A stretch of 59,858 bases of DNA, filler included, from Platydemus manokwari (lineage: Eukaryota), in assembly GCA_037951405.1 (NCBI GenBank). It is 5 parts of 5 records of this genome, joined end to end, with 100 filler letters (N's around TTAATTAATTAA, not from the genome) between each part and the next. Parts side by side here need not be neighbours in the genome. Positions count along the whole stretch, not along the records: positions 13,346 to 28,562 come from JBBMOY011324761.1; positions 28,663 to 37,450 come from JBBMOY011349871.1; positions 37,551 to 50,297 come from JBBMOY011981378.1; 2 more parts are not named here. The stretch is one strand, 5' to 3'. Below are positions 28,331 through 42,249 of this stretch, one piece after another. The notes beneath the pieces are model-generated. The model was not told the origin of the DNA. It was given only the letters and a program-made list of their open reading frames with translations, and did not search any database. The translations under genes and the position numbers were made by a program. Positions within the stretch are counted from its first letter, which is position 1. Each line of letters begins with the position of its first letter.

Positions 28331-28562
28331 CCAGTCAATAAAGAGAAATGGGAAACAAAATTATCAGTAATGCTAGATATAGTAAATCGTTGGATCGATA
28401 GACTCGGAATAGATGAATCTCAAAACCTTATAATGCATATAAGTGAAATATTAAAATAATTTGATGACAATACAGCTGTATATATTGTTTTGAGGATTTC
28501 ACTTCACTATGTTTTAACATTGTCAAATTTCAAATTACAGTAAAGACCAGAATACGTTTCCT

Positions 28563-28662
28563 NNNNNNNNNNNNNNNNNNNNNNNNNNNNNNNNNNNNNN
28601 NNNNNNTTAATTAATTAANNNNNNNNNNNNNNNNNNNNNNNNNNNNNNNNNNNNNNNNNNNN
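28563..28662. other. Artificial contig-join spacer
   Basis: N44-TTAATTAATTAA-N44. Confidence 0.97.
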
Positions 28663-29339
28663 AATTTCATTAAATAAATATTTTAAAAAATGTTTTTGTT
28701 TTTAAAAAAAAGCCGGAATCATACTAATACACCTAATATCAATTTAAAATTCTGAATCCTTCAGTTTAATCATGGCAATCTGATGACAAGATATATTAAA
28801 ACTATATTAATAAATTAAAATAATTTAGGAAATTGAATACTTATCAAAAGTGGATGATTTCAATGAAGAATAATTTCGATAAAATAATGAGTTCCAGTTT
28901 TGTTTTAAGAAATAATCAGTCTCTTGTATTAAATTGTGAATTCTTTAATTGTATTGCAGTTTTGTTTGGAATAAATATTGGTGATATAGATAGATAGATA
29001 TAGTTATATATATAGTAATATATCAGCGTTAACTGATCTCCCTAAATAAATTTGTCAACAAAAATCGGGCTGAGTTCGTTCGCAAAATAGGAAATACTGG
29101 TCAAGTATACCTTTCTAATCTTACTATCACATTCGTATATACTACTACGGTACGAACAAACGTCACCGGCAATCACAAATACTTTTGCTTTCATCGTTTA
29201 CTCTATTATTTTGAATTACCGGAATTTGGAAACACTATAACGAATACCCTATAACAAATAATAATTTACTAAAATAATCTGTAATCACTTTCGTTGCAAT
29301 AATCCTCTGGAACTCGTTTTCTTCATAATGGATTTTCTT

Positions 29340-29650
29340 GATTTTCTACAGAAATTCCTCCTCAATAATTTTTTCTTCTTGTTCATTTAAGAAATCAGGC
29401 TATATTGTCTGATCACAAGATTCTACGAATGGCAATCTTAATCGGATTGCCTAAATAATTAGACTGGTTTACGTGCAGCGCTGTCAGTAAACCAATGAAT
29501 TTTTTGTATACCTAATTCCCATCAATTTTATTAAGTTTCTGTTTTTCTGTATCTAAATCGGTCCAATTACTTGCACCGATTCACAATCTCTTGAAAAGGT
29601 CAGAGTCCAATTTCCCACCAACTTTGTTAAGTCTGTACTTTGGTCTGATG
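29340..29650 (-). mobile_element. Gypsy integrase C-terminal (GPY/F) remnant; same family as 47820-48040
   Basis: VIGPI*I...GLLTALHVNQSNY on the minus strand; nucleotide similarity to 47821-48040 (shared aatcttaatcggattgcc, tctaaatcg). Confidence 0.5.
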
Positions 29651-30079
29651 GTCTATAACTGATGTCACTTTCATTATCAAACATCAGAACAATGACTTAT
29701 TTTAATAAAAAATTCTTTAATTTAGTCCTATATTATTTGATTTTATTTTTGTTAACTGGGCTGTTCAATATATTTACTTAATATTGTTATTATTTTTTAT
29801 TATTATATTTAGTATTATTTATTTATTTAACAAATTCAATATAATTATTATCTTTGTCATTAGATTTAATATTTTTCATTTTTTTAATTTATTTATTTAA
29901 AAAAATTACCTTATTTATTATTTTTTATTATCAGATTTAATACTATTTATTATTTATTTATCACTTCTTGTTTCTTATCGGATTTTTCTTGGTGTCTGGA
30001 CACCGTGAGAGAGATGCATAAACAAAATTCTTTTTTATTTTAAATTTGTTATCACATTACTAACAATTGTAGTTTTAAA

Positions 30080-30400
30080 AAACTAGAATGTTCCAAAAAT
30101 GTCAATTCGATGATGGTAAACATTATTACTTTCAGTCTTTTTCAAGTTATTAGTTATAATTTATTAAATTTATTATTCCACAAAGGATTCCAAGAAGGAT
30201 TTGTTGAAACGTAAAATTCAAATTTCCATTATTTTATATTGAAGTAAGGCGGCACTTAGTTCCCTTTGTCGATTTCTCAATGGTCATTTTCATTCAGGTC
30301 ACAACACTTCTTACTCTTAACTTTATAAATTACAGATTTGTTAATTTGGACTAAATTTCGTTTCAGTAATCCAGGAATTCTGTTGTTGTTTCAATGAATC
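30080..30400 (-). mobile_element. Possible MULE transposase C-terminal remnant
   Basis: NPLWNN...TNN...HHRI resembles MULE P..WN...RTNN..E..H; heavily decayed. Confidence 0.3.
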
Positions 30401-32229
30401 AATGTCAAAAATGCAATAATAATAATAATAACATGAAAAAAAAATTTATTATAAACGATAACACCGAAATTTTATCCACAAGGGAATGCTGTGAAGAGTC
30501 ATTTAAAACTGTCTCACTTTTGTTCGCTTACAGTTAACAATATACATGGTGCGAATACATAATTCTATCAATCAAGACGTGAGTAGCAAATTATTTGCAA
30601 ACAGATTATATTAAATAAATATTGAAATATTTTTATAGAAAATTTTTTTTGGATAATTATTAATTAGTCATTGAATGAAATTATTTCGGAAATAATTGTA
30701 AAATAAATCGTTCCTGTGGATTTTAAAGTTAATTTTGATAGTTAGGTTATTGAAAACAATATGAAAACAATTATCAATTACTGAAATCCCTGACATAGAC
30801 AATTAATGCCGGTTTAATGCTGATATAGAAAAAATATAGTTTTTAAAAATTTTTTTAATTATTTTGGGTATCTCTCATGCATGATGTTGTCAATAATATT
30901 TGATAAACGTTTAATCAAATCAATTCTAGATAAATTTTAACGAATAACTCAGAGTTAAATAGTGCTATGTGTGAAATAAGTCGAACACAAATGACCACTG
31001 TAACCTTTACAAGAAACCCTTTCTAAGTTTAAACTCAAATGAGCATGCTTTGTCAGACACACCAAGTAGAAATAAAGTACATTTCAAATATTCAAAATGA
31101 ATACACTAAAAACCATAAACTAACATACAATCCAAAGAACCAATAAAAAGATTTTCAAAATATAAAGCATAAATAATAATTCATGTATAACTATGTTTTG
31201 AAAATCCATCGAAGTGTCTCAAGAGATTTACATACTCTCGATATAAGTCAAGAAAACAGTGTTCTTCCACCAAGTGTCATTTAAATAAGCAGTTGTTAAC
31301 TGTCATTTCAAACGTTATATGATTTGTAAATAAATAGATATTAGTTATAAGAAATGCTTGATCACCTGAAATCAAATAAATTAAATAAATCAAACAGGAC
31401 ATCGATATGGAATAAAATATTTTCAAGTACATTATGTTACAACTATTTTTGGAATGCTCATATAAAATAGAGTTTTGGTTATTGTTAAATATATTTTTCT
31501 CTTGATAAAAAATACACACCCGTTTCAAGCCATAACTTGGATACAGGCACTTAAAAACCAAGAGCAAAATGGTGGTTTTATTATTTGCTTATCTATTACA
31601 AAATATAAACATTTACAAAACTTTGACAATGATCCTTAATTGCTCATGAAAGTAATAAAATATAATTACTTGGCTGCATCTTCATTAGCTTGTAGAATTT
31701 TTTACAATTGGATTCGCTGATTTCCGCAATCTTATTTCTAACAATTGAAATTCGCCAAAAATGGTTGTTGAATAAGCTATTTAATCGAATGTTTCCACAA
31801 TGAGTAAGAGTCTTTCTTCAAATATAATGAAATAATTCTTCAAATATATGATAAATTAACTAAATCAATATTTGGAGACAAATTTTTAACCTTTGTTCGT
31901 ATGAGTTATTGTTGCATTAGATTTATGGGTTTGTCGGATTGTATTGATATTTTGTCTTTGTTTATAGTTGTTTATTTGGTATGGCTTTATTTTTATTTTC
32001 ATTCTTTCTAGGTTGCTTTGCTTATTCTTTATTCATCGTTATGATTAGAGTTACGCTTTGTTAATGGGAAATAAGGCATTCGAACCAAGTTATAAAACAA
32101 AAACAAGACAATTATTGGTTTGCCGTGATAAATCACGACTCTTGGGATGGAACTTCTTATCACATTTCTCTTGGCTAAGTCCGGTAATTGATTAATTGAT
32201 TGCTCAGCTATCGTCTTCAGAGTCAAAGC

Positions 32230-32950
32230 CCAACTGTGAATAGTTTTCAGCCCTTGTTCTCTTTGATTTGATTTGGAGCAATATGCGTTTATTTTGTCAG
32301 TGTGGAACAGCCATTAGAAATGTGACGCATTGGTATTTAATTCTATGCATTTCATGGCTAGTTTGGTTTGCTGGCTAACTCCAATTTTCGTAAAATCCCA
32401 TCATTTGACTCCGGAAATGTGCCGAGCACACCCACGATCAAAGTGTGAAGTTCGACCGTGAATTTTGGCTTGTTCTTTTTGACCTATTTTTTGAGACTGT
32501 CATACCCGGCGAGGTTTTACTGATTTATCTCATCAATTAGCTTTGGCTCGTTCAGGGGGAATTTGGTGTCAATAAACATGATGGTAGATTTTCTGTCATT
32601 CACCATTTGTAAGTCGACTCGAAGGCTGAAGTTGGCAATTGACATTTCTGATTTATAAAGATTCTATAATCGGTATGATATTCCACACACTTTACTTCAA
32701 TCTCCATAACTTAATTGTGCCTAAAAGTTACAAACGAGTTAGATGGTTCAATCATTTTGAAAATCTGTGTCCGTGATTCCGTTGGGTACAGACATTTAAA
32801 GCACGCCATCCCGTCCATATATTTTTTGTTCAAAGTTGGTAAAGTATCAGTATTGTTGATGAATTCGAACTCTTCTATGGTTAAGTGGCCATGGAATACT
32901 GTCTTGCTCCACATAGGGCTAATCGTACCACATAAGATATTGTACCGTCA
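32230..32950 (-). mobile_element. 5'-truncated non-LTR retrotransposon with restriction-like endonuclease (R2/R4/NeSL/R5 group), pseudogenised
   Basis: CFKCLYPTESRTQIF...RHN (eroded CCHC + RHN). After a frameshift, LRVDLQMV...IMFIDTKFP...YDSLKK...VELHTLIVGVLGTFPESNDGILRKL matches the PD..D..K RLE with the VG.LG motif. Confidence 0.75.
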
Positions 32951-34319
32951 TTGTAGTAAGAACAAATCCAAATTTTTTTTATTATTGTATTTAATGATTT
33001 TAAATTTAGGTATTTTAATATCATTCAAGATGTTACGAATCGACCTTCATAGAATTACATTAACCAACTATTGATTTAAAATCCAGTTGTGCTGTATAAT
33101 GCTGTTATTGAATACGTTTTCATAATTTCCAATTCTAATACAATGAAAAATCACTTAACTGTAAACATAACAAATCAGTAAGGAAATACTTTGTCATCAT
33201 AACATCTATTCCAAAATTCTCAGTAAAACTACCTATCGCATGTTTATTAAATACAATTGTGTGCACGCTTGAGTAACACAGATTGGTTTTAAATAGATTG
33301 ATAAAATCATTGAATTATAGATACCATTTTAATGTTTAAATATGGTCTATGAAAGATAATATTTTAGATTTCAAATAGAATAATACAATGAGATAATTAA
33401 TCAATTTATAACTTCAATGTGAAATTTTAAAAGTATCTTCAATCATTATTACTAATTATATAACGTTCAAATGATAAAAAAAAATCAAAAAACGATAATT
33501 AAATATTTCTGTTATAGATTTAAAATTTTCCTTCATTCTTTCACTTAGTCTTAGAACAAACAATCATTACACAATTCACAACTGACAATTAACAGTTTGA
33601 AACTACCACATTCATGCTACATTGTATGTTAGATTGCAGTAATAATTGTTCGCTCAATGTTAATGGATATCTTCTATAATATTCCAAACTGAGATCATTT
33701 AACAATCACATATAAAGAACTAGTCATATAAAACATACGAGAGAGAATATTTACGTCAAAAATAACAAAACATTAAAAGTTATACACAACCCCCCCCCCA
33801 TATATATCAATCTTTCAACGCAAAATAAATAAGTTCAATTCAAATGAAAACATAAATTCGATATTTATTTCTAACATTTTTGATACAGTCGATGAGCTCA
33901 ATTGAAAATCACAAATAGAAAAAACGCCAACTCTTCATATTTATATGTATATTCACTGATTAAAGCTTGTTCTCATATATTGAATAACACAGTCCTGATG
34001 CTCAATGACTAAGGCAAGGTAGAAATGAATTAGAAAAAACAAATCAATACTCTAGGAATTGTTTTGGTGCCGATTTAACATTCTGGAGCAGTAAAAGATA
34101 TTTTGAGTATTTATTTTGCACCTAATTTTATATATATGAACATAGATCATCAAATATCGATTATAGACATGTTTTAATATTATTATTAGTAGCCAGTCAC
34201 TGACGGTTAGCTGTTTAACACATAGTTCTACTATTTTATTAATAATAATAATAATAATAATATCTGGACACAGCTGATGGTTATTATAGGGGACAAAAAC
34301 AGAGCCGAAAATCATCACG

Positions 34320-34736
34320 TATCTGTTGACTTTGGACTATTAGCTGACAGCGAGTTATCGAAAAACTTTCTCAAACTGGAAATTAATAAAACAATATTTA
34401 TCGATTTTACACAATGAATAAAAAAATCAATTACGCATTTGGAGTGACTTCAGAGAAATGATAACTTGATTCAATCAACCCATTTAAAAAATGATGAACC
34501 TCTAAAATAACAACAATAAAGAATTATCCAACAAATAGGTTTATATATCGATTTATACCTTTATAATCAGCTATAAATGTTGTATCCTCTCGATGAGTTT
34601 CGTGACACAAAGTTGGTTTAAAATTTTTCAAATGATCCTCAAGACTATCAGACATTGTTTGACCATATAGATCTTCTGATGGTCTGCCATCCCATTGGAA
34701 CAACCAATCGCAATGATCGATCAAAAGTTGAACAAT
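34320..34736 (-). CDS. Internal exons of an unidentified spliced gene; the first exon resembles the C-terminal end of a RhoGAP domain
   Basis: Three phase-consistent exons 34736-34559, 34501-34435, 34375-~34320 with 57- and 59-nt GT-AG introns. IVQLLIDHCDWLF resembles the RhoGAP terminal helix (e.g. IIQHADWFF). Upstream exons were not found. Confidence 0.45.
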
Positions 34737-35037
34737 CTATTAAAAACTTGAAAGTAAAATTGGTTCAAAATTATCAACCGATTTTTTATAATAAAATAAT
34801 CATGATCATTCTAAGAAAAATCATTATGTTTGTTGTACATCTATCCTATCCTTGACATAAATCAACATTGTAAAAGTTACAAATAATAGTATTATAATAA
34901 AAATAATCAATGTAATTGGTAATTATTGCATGTGTAATAAAATGTCAGAAAGCATCCTGCTGCTGAAAGTGATCATAAATAAATGTCATCATCGGACAAC
35001 TAATTTCCATCATATTTCTTCAACGTTTTCAAATCCA

Positions 35038-35051
35038 GTCACGTGACGTCA
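35038..35051. promoter_or_regulatory. Overlapping palindromic CLEAR/E-box (GTCACGTGAC) and CRE (TGACGTCA)
   Basis: Exact motif matches in AT-rich DNA; function not shown. Confidence 0.3.
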
Positions 35052-37450
35052 TCCCGACAAATATCTACTGTAATTATGATAATGATCGAAATCAATTGTG
35101 AATATCATTAGGTGTGTGTGTGCTCGTACACGTGTGTATCATCAATATCGATACAAATTGTGTACGTCAACAATATCATTGGCAATGAAATTTATAATTT
35201 CTTTAATGTATTATCATTGGTTAATGAGTAATAAAACAGATTGTGTAAATGTAAAGATGGAATAGACATACGTTTTATGATTGGGTATACATTTTTATTT
35301 TAAACAACTGACATCAATGGTATTATACGAGATATGTAGACATGGAACAAACACAATTCTATGATTCGATGATGTTGGAAGTATTTTGTTCTTAATTATA
35401 ATGCCAAACTTATAAAGCGTTTCTTATGAATTTCTTTCAGTCTTATTCCAATTGGTTGATATTCATATATACCTGTATGGGAAACATAAATAATGATTTT
35501 TAACAAAAATAATAACAAAAACATGAATAATTTATTATTAATTTATCGATTACAAAAAACGATTTCATGTGAGTTGGTTTTGGATAATAAGAAGTAAGGA
35601 TTATTTTAGGTTAAATGGTAAAGTGATCATGACAAAATTCCTGCCAGTCATCAAATTCCAATCAAAACTGTGATCATGCCATAATGATAATATAATATAA
35701 TATCGTTTAGTATCAATTTCATAGAATAATTTTATTTGATAACTTCAATATTATGAATTTATCGTTGATAAAATTATATTTTTCACGGTTTTTTATTTCA
35801 AATCAATAAAATTAATATTTTTGGAACCCATTGAATACCAATACAACCGTATCTGACAATATATATCGTACTACATAACACTAGAATTAAAATTGTGAAT
35901 TATTATTAATCAATAATTAAAATGTGAAAGAATAAATGGTTGATTTAGAATCAATTAATTGCGTATTTTGTCCTTAAATGATGAACATGAGATTTTCTTG
36001 ATAAATATCGAAATATCGATTGATTCGGGGAAATAAAATATTAGATATTTAACTTTTATTATAATATATAACCGGTAATTATAAATAAAATGCTATTTTT
36101 TTATTAATAATTGATGAAGCTTTCAATAATATTTTCAAATTTATTCTTCATTTCACAAATATAATCTTGTTTCCTACAAATAAGCAGCATTGATATTGCC
36201 TCCAAATATTTTCATTTGTATTCATCAAAACATATAAAAATGACCCAAAAATACAGTTCAATGAAACCTCTCGTAATATAAGTCACAAAACACATTTCAA
36301 ATGATAACATCATGATATAGAACATTACTAATAAACCTGTTTTGTGGATAAAGCATACAGATAAACGATAATAATAACCATATATGGAAGCTGTGAATTA
36401 ACTACATAAGTTAAAAATAATAGACAAAGATTCATGTATATGTCGAGTCCAAAAATAGGAAAAAAATCGATCATAAAATCTTATATTGACTCATTTTGTT
36501 TCAATGAACTATGAAGGTTAAATTTCATTAATAATCGTTTAATAATATATTCTCAGAAATTAAAAGAAAAATATTATTTACCAGAAAATGGATCGGTAAT
36601 TTGTCATTAAAATGATAAATTTTACAATGCAAAAAACAAAATCTATTGCCATCACTTAGAGAAGGTATTACACAAATCTACCGTTTAATTGTCACAAAAA
36701 CTGATATATGCAAAAGAAAGAAAGAAAATCTTCAAATGGTGACAGTTTACCGGATTAAACTTACATAATCGATACAATATTTTAAATACTGGATATTACA
36801 CCGGAAATTCAAGTTCTGTGAGAATAAAATATCTTCAATGTATTATGTAATTATCTTTAATGTTTACGACAATCATATATTGTTCAATTTTCTATTCTTA
36901 GGTATCAAGTTCAAAATATAGATCGGTGGTAAATATATCAGTTAATCGATCAATATTAATGTCTATACCAATTTGTACGAACTTTTACACTAATATAAAC
37001 CAATTGATAAATATCATAAAAAAATCCAATTTCATGTTTAACATGTTTTAAAATACAGAAATTTCGTTTTTTGAAGGATTTTTAAGAAATGCAGACAGAG
37101 AACATTGTCAAAAATCTCCTTGGTTGAAGAAAAAGACTTGAATATTAACAAAATAGATATTGTATGATTGAAAATTATGGTTTCCAAAAATCAGGTAAAT
37201 ATATTCTTTTTAACTCAGTGCTAAGCCACAACACTGGAATGATATTTCATTGGTGATATGCAGCAAATCAATGAATCGTAATTAGAAATCTCATCATTGC
37301 AGAAATTATTTTAATGTGATTTTGTAAATGTGGGGTTTTACAGATGTAGAAAAAATCTTTATTTTTCACTCATTTTACGAGGGTCGATTGATAAATAAGG
37401 TCTCCAAGGCCGTAGTTTTGTTTGTAGTGTATGAAAAAAGAAGTTGTAAC

Positions 37451-37550
37451 NNNNNNNNNNNNNNNNNNNNNNNNNNNNNNNNNNNNNNNNNNNNTTAATT
37501 AATTAANNNNNNNNNNNNNNNNNNNNNNNNNNNNNNNNNNNNNNNNNNNN
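37451..37550. other. Artificial contig-join spacer
   Basis: N44-TTAATTAATTAA-N44. Confidence 0.97.
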
Positions 37551-37551
37551 A

Positions 37552-37685
37552 TGTTTAAATGATTTGGTAAAACAAAAACTTTAAACAACTAAAAAACATG
37601 AATAACTTTTGACTCAGCCTAATAATTCTTATATCTTCTCAATATCTTTTCCAAATAGTTTCTTTAACATTTCCCCTCTTTTCTA
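37552..37685 (-). mobile_element. Short (~118-bp) 3' LTR with polypurine tract
   Basis: Minus strand: AGAAAAGAGGGGAAA (PPT) immediately followed by TGTTA...TAAACA (37669-37552). Confidence 0.45.
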
Positions 37686-38401
37686 TTCTTTCCAGTCATG
37701 CACATTAGTTTTGATTTATCATTTTATAACGCGACAAATTCTTTTTGCCATTTGATCGACGTGACAGGTGAATAATTAATAGAGTCCAATTATGCAAAAG
37801 TTCTTGTGCGATTATCTTGAAACCCGACATTACTTATTGTCGCCCGATATCCCAAATTATTAAAACCAAAAATAAAATGTAGGTGAAATAAACAAAATGA
37901 TATCATTGTTCTTGTTCCATATCGTTCAGTGGAGAAGAAATTCATAACTAATTCATAAATAAAAATAGAATACATATAAAAATACTAAATTGCATAGCCG
38001 AATAGGAGATTTTGTTTGTTTTCTAAAATCGTTTGAAATCACCCGATGACGTCACTAAGAAAATGACTACAGAATAAACGAGTGAATACAAATTCGGCGA
38101 TCAATAAGTATGTGACCTTATGTATTTGACTGTGAGTGAATCACACCCCCCATGAATTGTAATTATTTTAATCTATTATTTAATCTAATTAAAACAAAAT
38201 AATTGCCGACACAATAATTATTATTGAAATACAATACTTAGAAACCTGTTCAAAAATAAAAATAATTTGGAAATTTAATGTGTATGTTCTTTGTCACTCA
38301 TGGTAACATAATAGACAATAAATCCTTGATGTTAAATATTGAAAATGCCAAAATTATTATATTTTACCGGAGGCATGTACACATGAAGGATATATATAAA
38401 A

Positions 38402-38403
<2 letters not shown>

Positions 38404-38442
<39 letters not shown>
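38404..38442. repeat. (TTA)n microsatellite
   Basis: Visible directly; the source of poly-Leu in ORF 38278..38733. Confidence 0.95.
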
Positions 38443-38443
<1 letters not shown>

Positions 38444-41400
38444 CATTAATTTTAAGTGAAGTAAGATATAATATCCCATTAAGCTGTGATGATCAATCAA
38501 AATCGAGGCGGAACCTCGAATTTCAGCTGCTAACAAAATTAATTATTTTAACAATTTTATTTTCGAATGCTTCATTTGTTTTGAATATGTTACGAATGTT
38601 TACTAACGCTGAAAATCAAAAATTATCAATCGCTATATTACACGTTAAATCAAATCGTCCAATAATGATTACCCAAAATCGAACTCATAATATCAAAAAT
38701 CAATTCACAAAGGAATCGTCACATGAAAAATAGAATAGAAATAGAAACAACGACCATAAATAATTGGTCATTAGATTTATCGTGCAAGAGTAAGACAGAC
38801 CTACGTCTTTTCCACGATAATTCATATTAGGATGATGTCTAATTTAACGTATTAACACACCGTTATAATCTTTAGGAAATTAAAACGACAATCAATTTAA
38901 AAAATATAAAGATCTACAAAAACATATTTAATAAAATTGACAATTGTTCTGAAATTTTATTAGACAAGAAATACAAGCCACATTTAATAATCGGGAGAAA
39001 GTATTCGTAAGGCAGAATAAACTAATAGGCAAAATATACATTTGGTGGTTTACCACAGTTAATCACCGGATTATCGTTACTTTCATTAATCGCAGATCTT
39101 TGTTAAAACAGGAAGAAATGTTGGAACAGATGATTGTTCCAATCATAAAAGAACAACAATTATAAATATAAAAAATCTTATTTTAATATAGCGATATAGG
39201 ATTGGAAGTAAATTGAAAAACTATGAAGATTTTCTTGACATCTAATAGAATGTAGAGGATAAAACAAGTTTCCATTATTTTTCTTATGAATTTTGGTTGC
39301 ATTGAGTTGGGTTTTTAAATTGTGTTTTGTAGAGTCCACCGATGTTTAATTAAATCGTTAGTACATCCAACAAAATTAACAATTTCTTTAGGACAGAATT
39401 TTTTTACAACTATAAATCTTTCAATAGACAGTACTAACCAATATAGTTTATAATTTGCTCGCTGGATCAGAAACACCCACAATTTCTAGCGGTGTAACAT
39501 CAATGTATGATAATAAAACATATTAACAACATCTCATTTTAAAAAAGGTGGAATATTCTCATAAGAGTACGTCTTAAGAGTACCGAATCGATTATTATTT
39601 ATATTTTATTATTTCTGATTTGAAGATTTATAAATTGGAAGATGTACAAGGCTATGGCGTCTATATTTTGATTTAAGTTGGCCATTAATTTTTCTGTGTG
39701 CACAAGTTTTTCTACATATCTCTGTGCCTTAATTTACGATTTTTGTTTGCGTTGTTTTTGTTTGAGTTTGATTCTTTGACACACAACAGAGCTCAATTTC
39801 GAAACGGAGAATTGGAAAAATGGTCGGAAAAATGTGAAAAAGATATTTTCAAAAATTCTTCGATTCCCAAAATTGTTTATAATGGTTGGGGTTAGGTGAA
39901 TCCCACAAACATATTAAGCCTATTTCAAAATCAAAAATTCGTATGTTAGATGACTAATATTCTCTAAGTGTATTGGTTTATTTTTCTGTTAGGTCGACAT
40001 ACATGTCGATATCATATTATTTCCCAATAATAGATGTAATTAGGAAATAAAAGGAATCAACAGAAAATGGAATGTCGGAAGAATAGGGATATGGAGCAAA
40101 GATTGCTATTACAAAAATACCTACTGTCAAGCCGTAAAAAACAAATCGGCTGAATGAAGTGAACGTCGCCTGGAAAATTCAAAATCCTATACCAAAGCAA
40201 AAATTATTTCGAAACCAATATATAATTCAATCTCCAAACAATCATTGTTCATCCACCGCTTATCTTAAATATCTTTAATATACAGGAGAACATTTTATAA
40301 GGAATACCAGAAAGTAGTAATAAACCATCAAATTATGCCACAATATTTTAAACGCCAAAGTACATATCGCACTGGTTATCAACATTTGTGTGGGTGTCGA
40401 AACCCATACCACTTATTTTATTCTTAAAATGTCATGTGACTGCACTCGTAAATGAATGACGTCATTTCTAACATTAGTTTGCTTAGCCATTTCTGTGGAA
40501 CCTGAAGTAGCCTCTGAAAATCGATTATAAAAAATGATACAAGTTGTTGCACTCTGTATTAACCGAAAATAAACTTCTTGGAAACATTCTGGTTTTATGA
40601 AATGTCTATTTGAATCTCGTTTCGAAAATATTAAATAAAAATAACCACTTAAAAACTTATTTCATCTTATTCTGTATTGAAGCGCAACAAAAACATGGAA
40701 CCAGATTGTATTTCAATAACTGAAATTTAACTCTTCGTTTGCAATCATTGATAAATGGTTGTTTTCAAGGTCAGCACAATGATCGATAATTCATTATAAT
40801 AACAGAGTACAATGTAATCCAATTTCAAATCAACCACGTGACTTGATGTCGAGAAATGTGACAAAAACCGGTCAAAATTTCAGAGAATGATTTATATTAA
40901 TGTGACAGTTTTTATAATTGGATTGTTTCAGATTTGATGAGATTATATCGTCTCACCAATATTTAAAAATAACAAAAAAATCGAAAACTTTATGGATTCA
41001 AGATCTAGTATAAAAGATAATCAATTAAGTAACTTTATTTGTGGAGATGTCTTCAAAAAACCAACCCCATCGCTGGTGAACAAAATTTACAATTAAGTAT
41101 CCTTTATCAGTGTTTCTAAACCGTTTTTGTGGACACAGAATCCTTTATAAACACTCAGTTGGTCGCGGAACCCAACTCATTTTAATCTTAAACTTACATG
41201 ATAATAATATTCATTAAAAAGGTGAAAAATATTTAAATTGTTCTACATCGACATCTAACCACACACAAATGTACAACAATGTGGGGTTAGTCAATGAAGA
41301 TTTGTTGCTTGGTAGTAAAGAACATTATTGTGCAGAAAAAAACCTTTAAAGACGCAATCCCGATTTTGTACTTTTGTCTAACTGGAAACAGCTTGAACAC

Positions 41401-42249
41401 AAGTGGCTCGCATTCCCCTTTATTTATTTAGAATTAGACAATATCCGATTTTTTATGACATCGTTGATTATTATATAAGTAAAATTGGCACACGAAAATA
41501 TATGGGAATACCATCTTTAATTACGAATGAATGTTGAAATTCGACGGTTATTCAGAAAACTATGATTGTCAGTTTTTCGGAAATTACGAATAAACCGTTA
41601 TTTACCGATTGTGCAACATAACAGAATCATCGATAGACAATAGCGTGTATCATTTAACTGTTTCCTCTTGTTTCGAAATAGATTTCAAAAGTATGGATTG
41701 TGCACAGGTTAAGTACATTTATGAATGCACTGAAATTAACAAATAAAATGTCTATCATGCGTGAACAAGTAATTCATTATTTGATTGGCTAAAGTTGAGA
41801 AAATTGGTCCTAAAATAACATTTTAAGTATTTTATGTTTATAATTATAATCATTTATGTGATATTTCTTGTTCTTTTTTAATGATGTCAAAAATCTAGTG
41901 TATCTATCCATTTGTTTCTAATGTTAAAAGGTAGAGTAATCGATAATTATTAAAGTAAAAAGACAACTCGTTTCCATCAATGTTTTATTATCTTTCAAAA
42001 ATTACACCGTTTGTTTTTTCTAATATTTAAACAAATCTCATTTTTTATCTAACTATTAATAAATCGCGATTTAATCTAATTTGACCCGTTTTTCAAATAA
42101 TAATTTTTATAAGATTTTTAATAAGTAGTTTATTTAATTTTTTAATAAATTTAATTTAATTTTTTCAGATAATTCAAACAAAAATTCAATTTAATTTTAA
42201 AAATTATATAGTTTTCTCTGCAATACACTAAACAAATTATAACGTTTTA

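Noticed and set aside
31680-31800. Possible Tigger/pogo KI(C)G(E)SA remnant
   Set aside because: Needs two frameshifts within a few codons; too weak to call
34180-34245. NKIVELCVKQLTVSDW resembles USP9X RLVELCVAKLSQDW
   Set aside because: Short, adjacent to a microsatellite, with no flanking USP9X similarity; probably chance
39698-40040. ORF plus an apparent 52-nt GT-AG intron (39941-39992)
   Set aside because: No frame gives a sustained or recognisable protein
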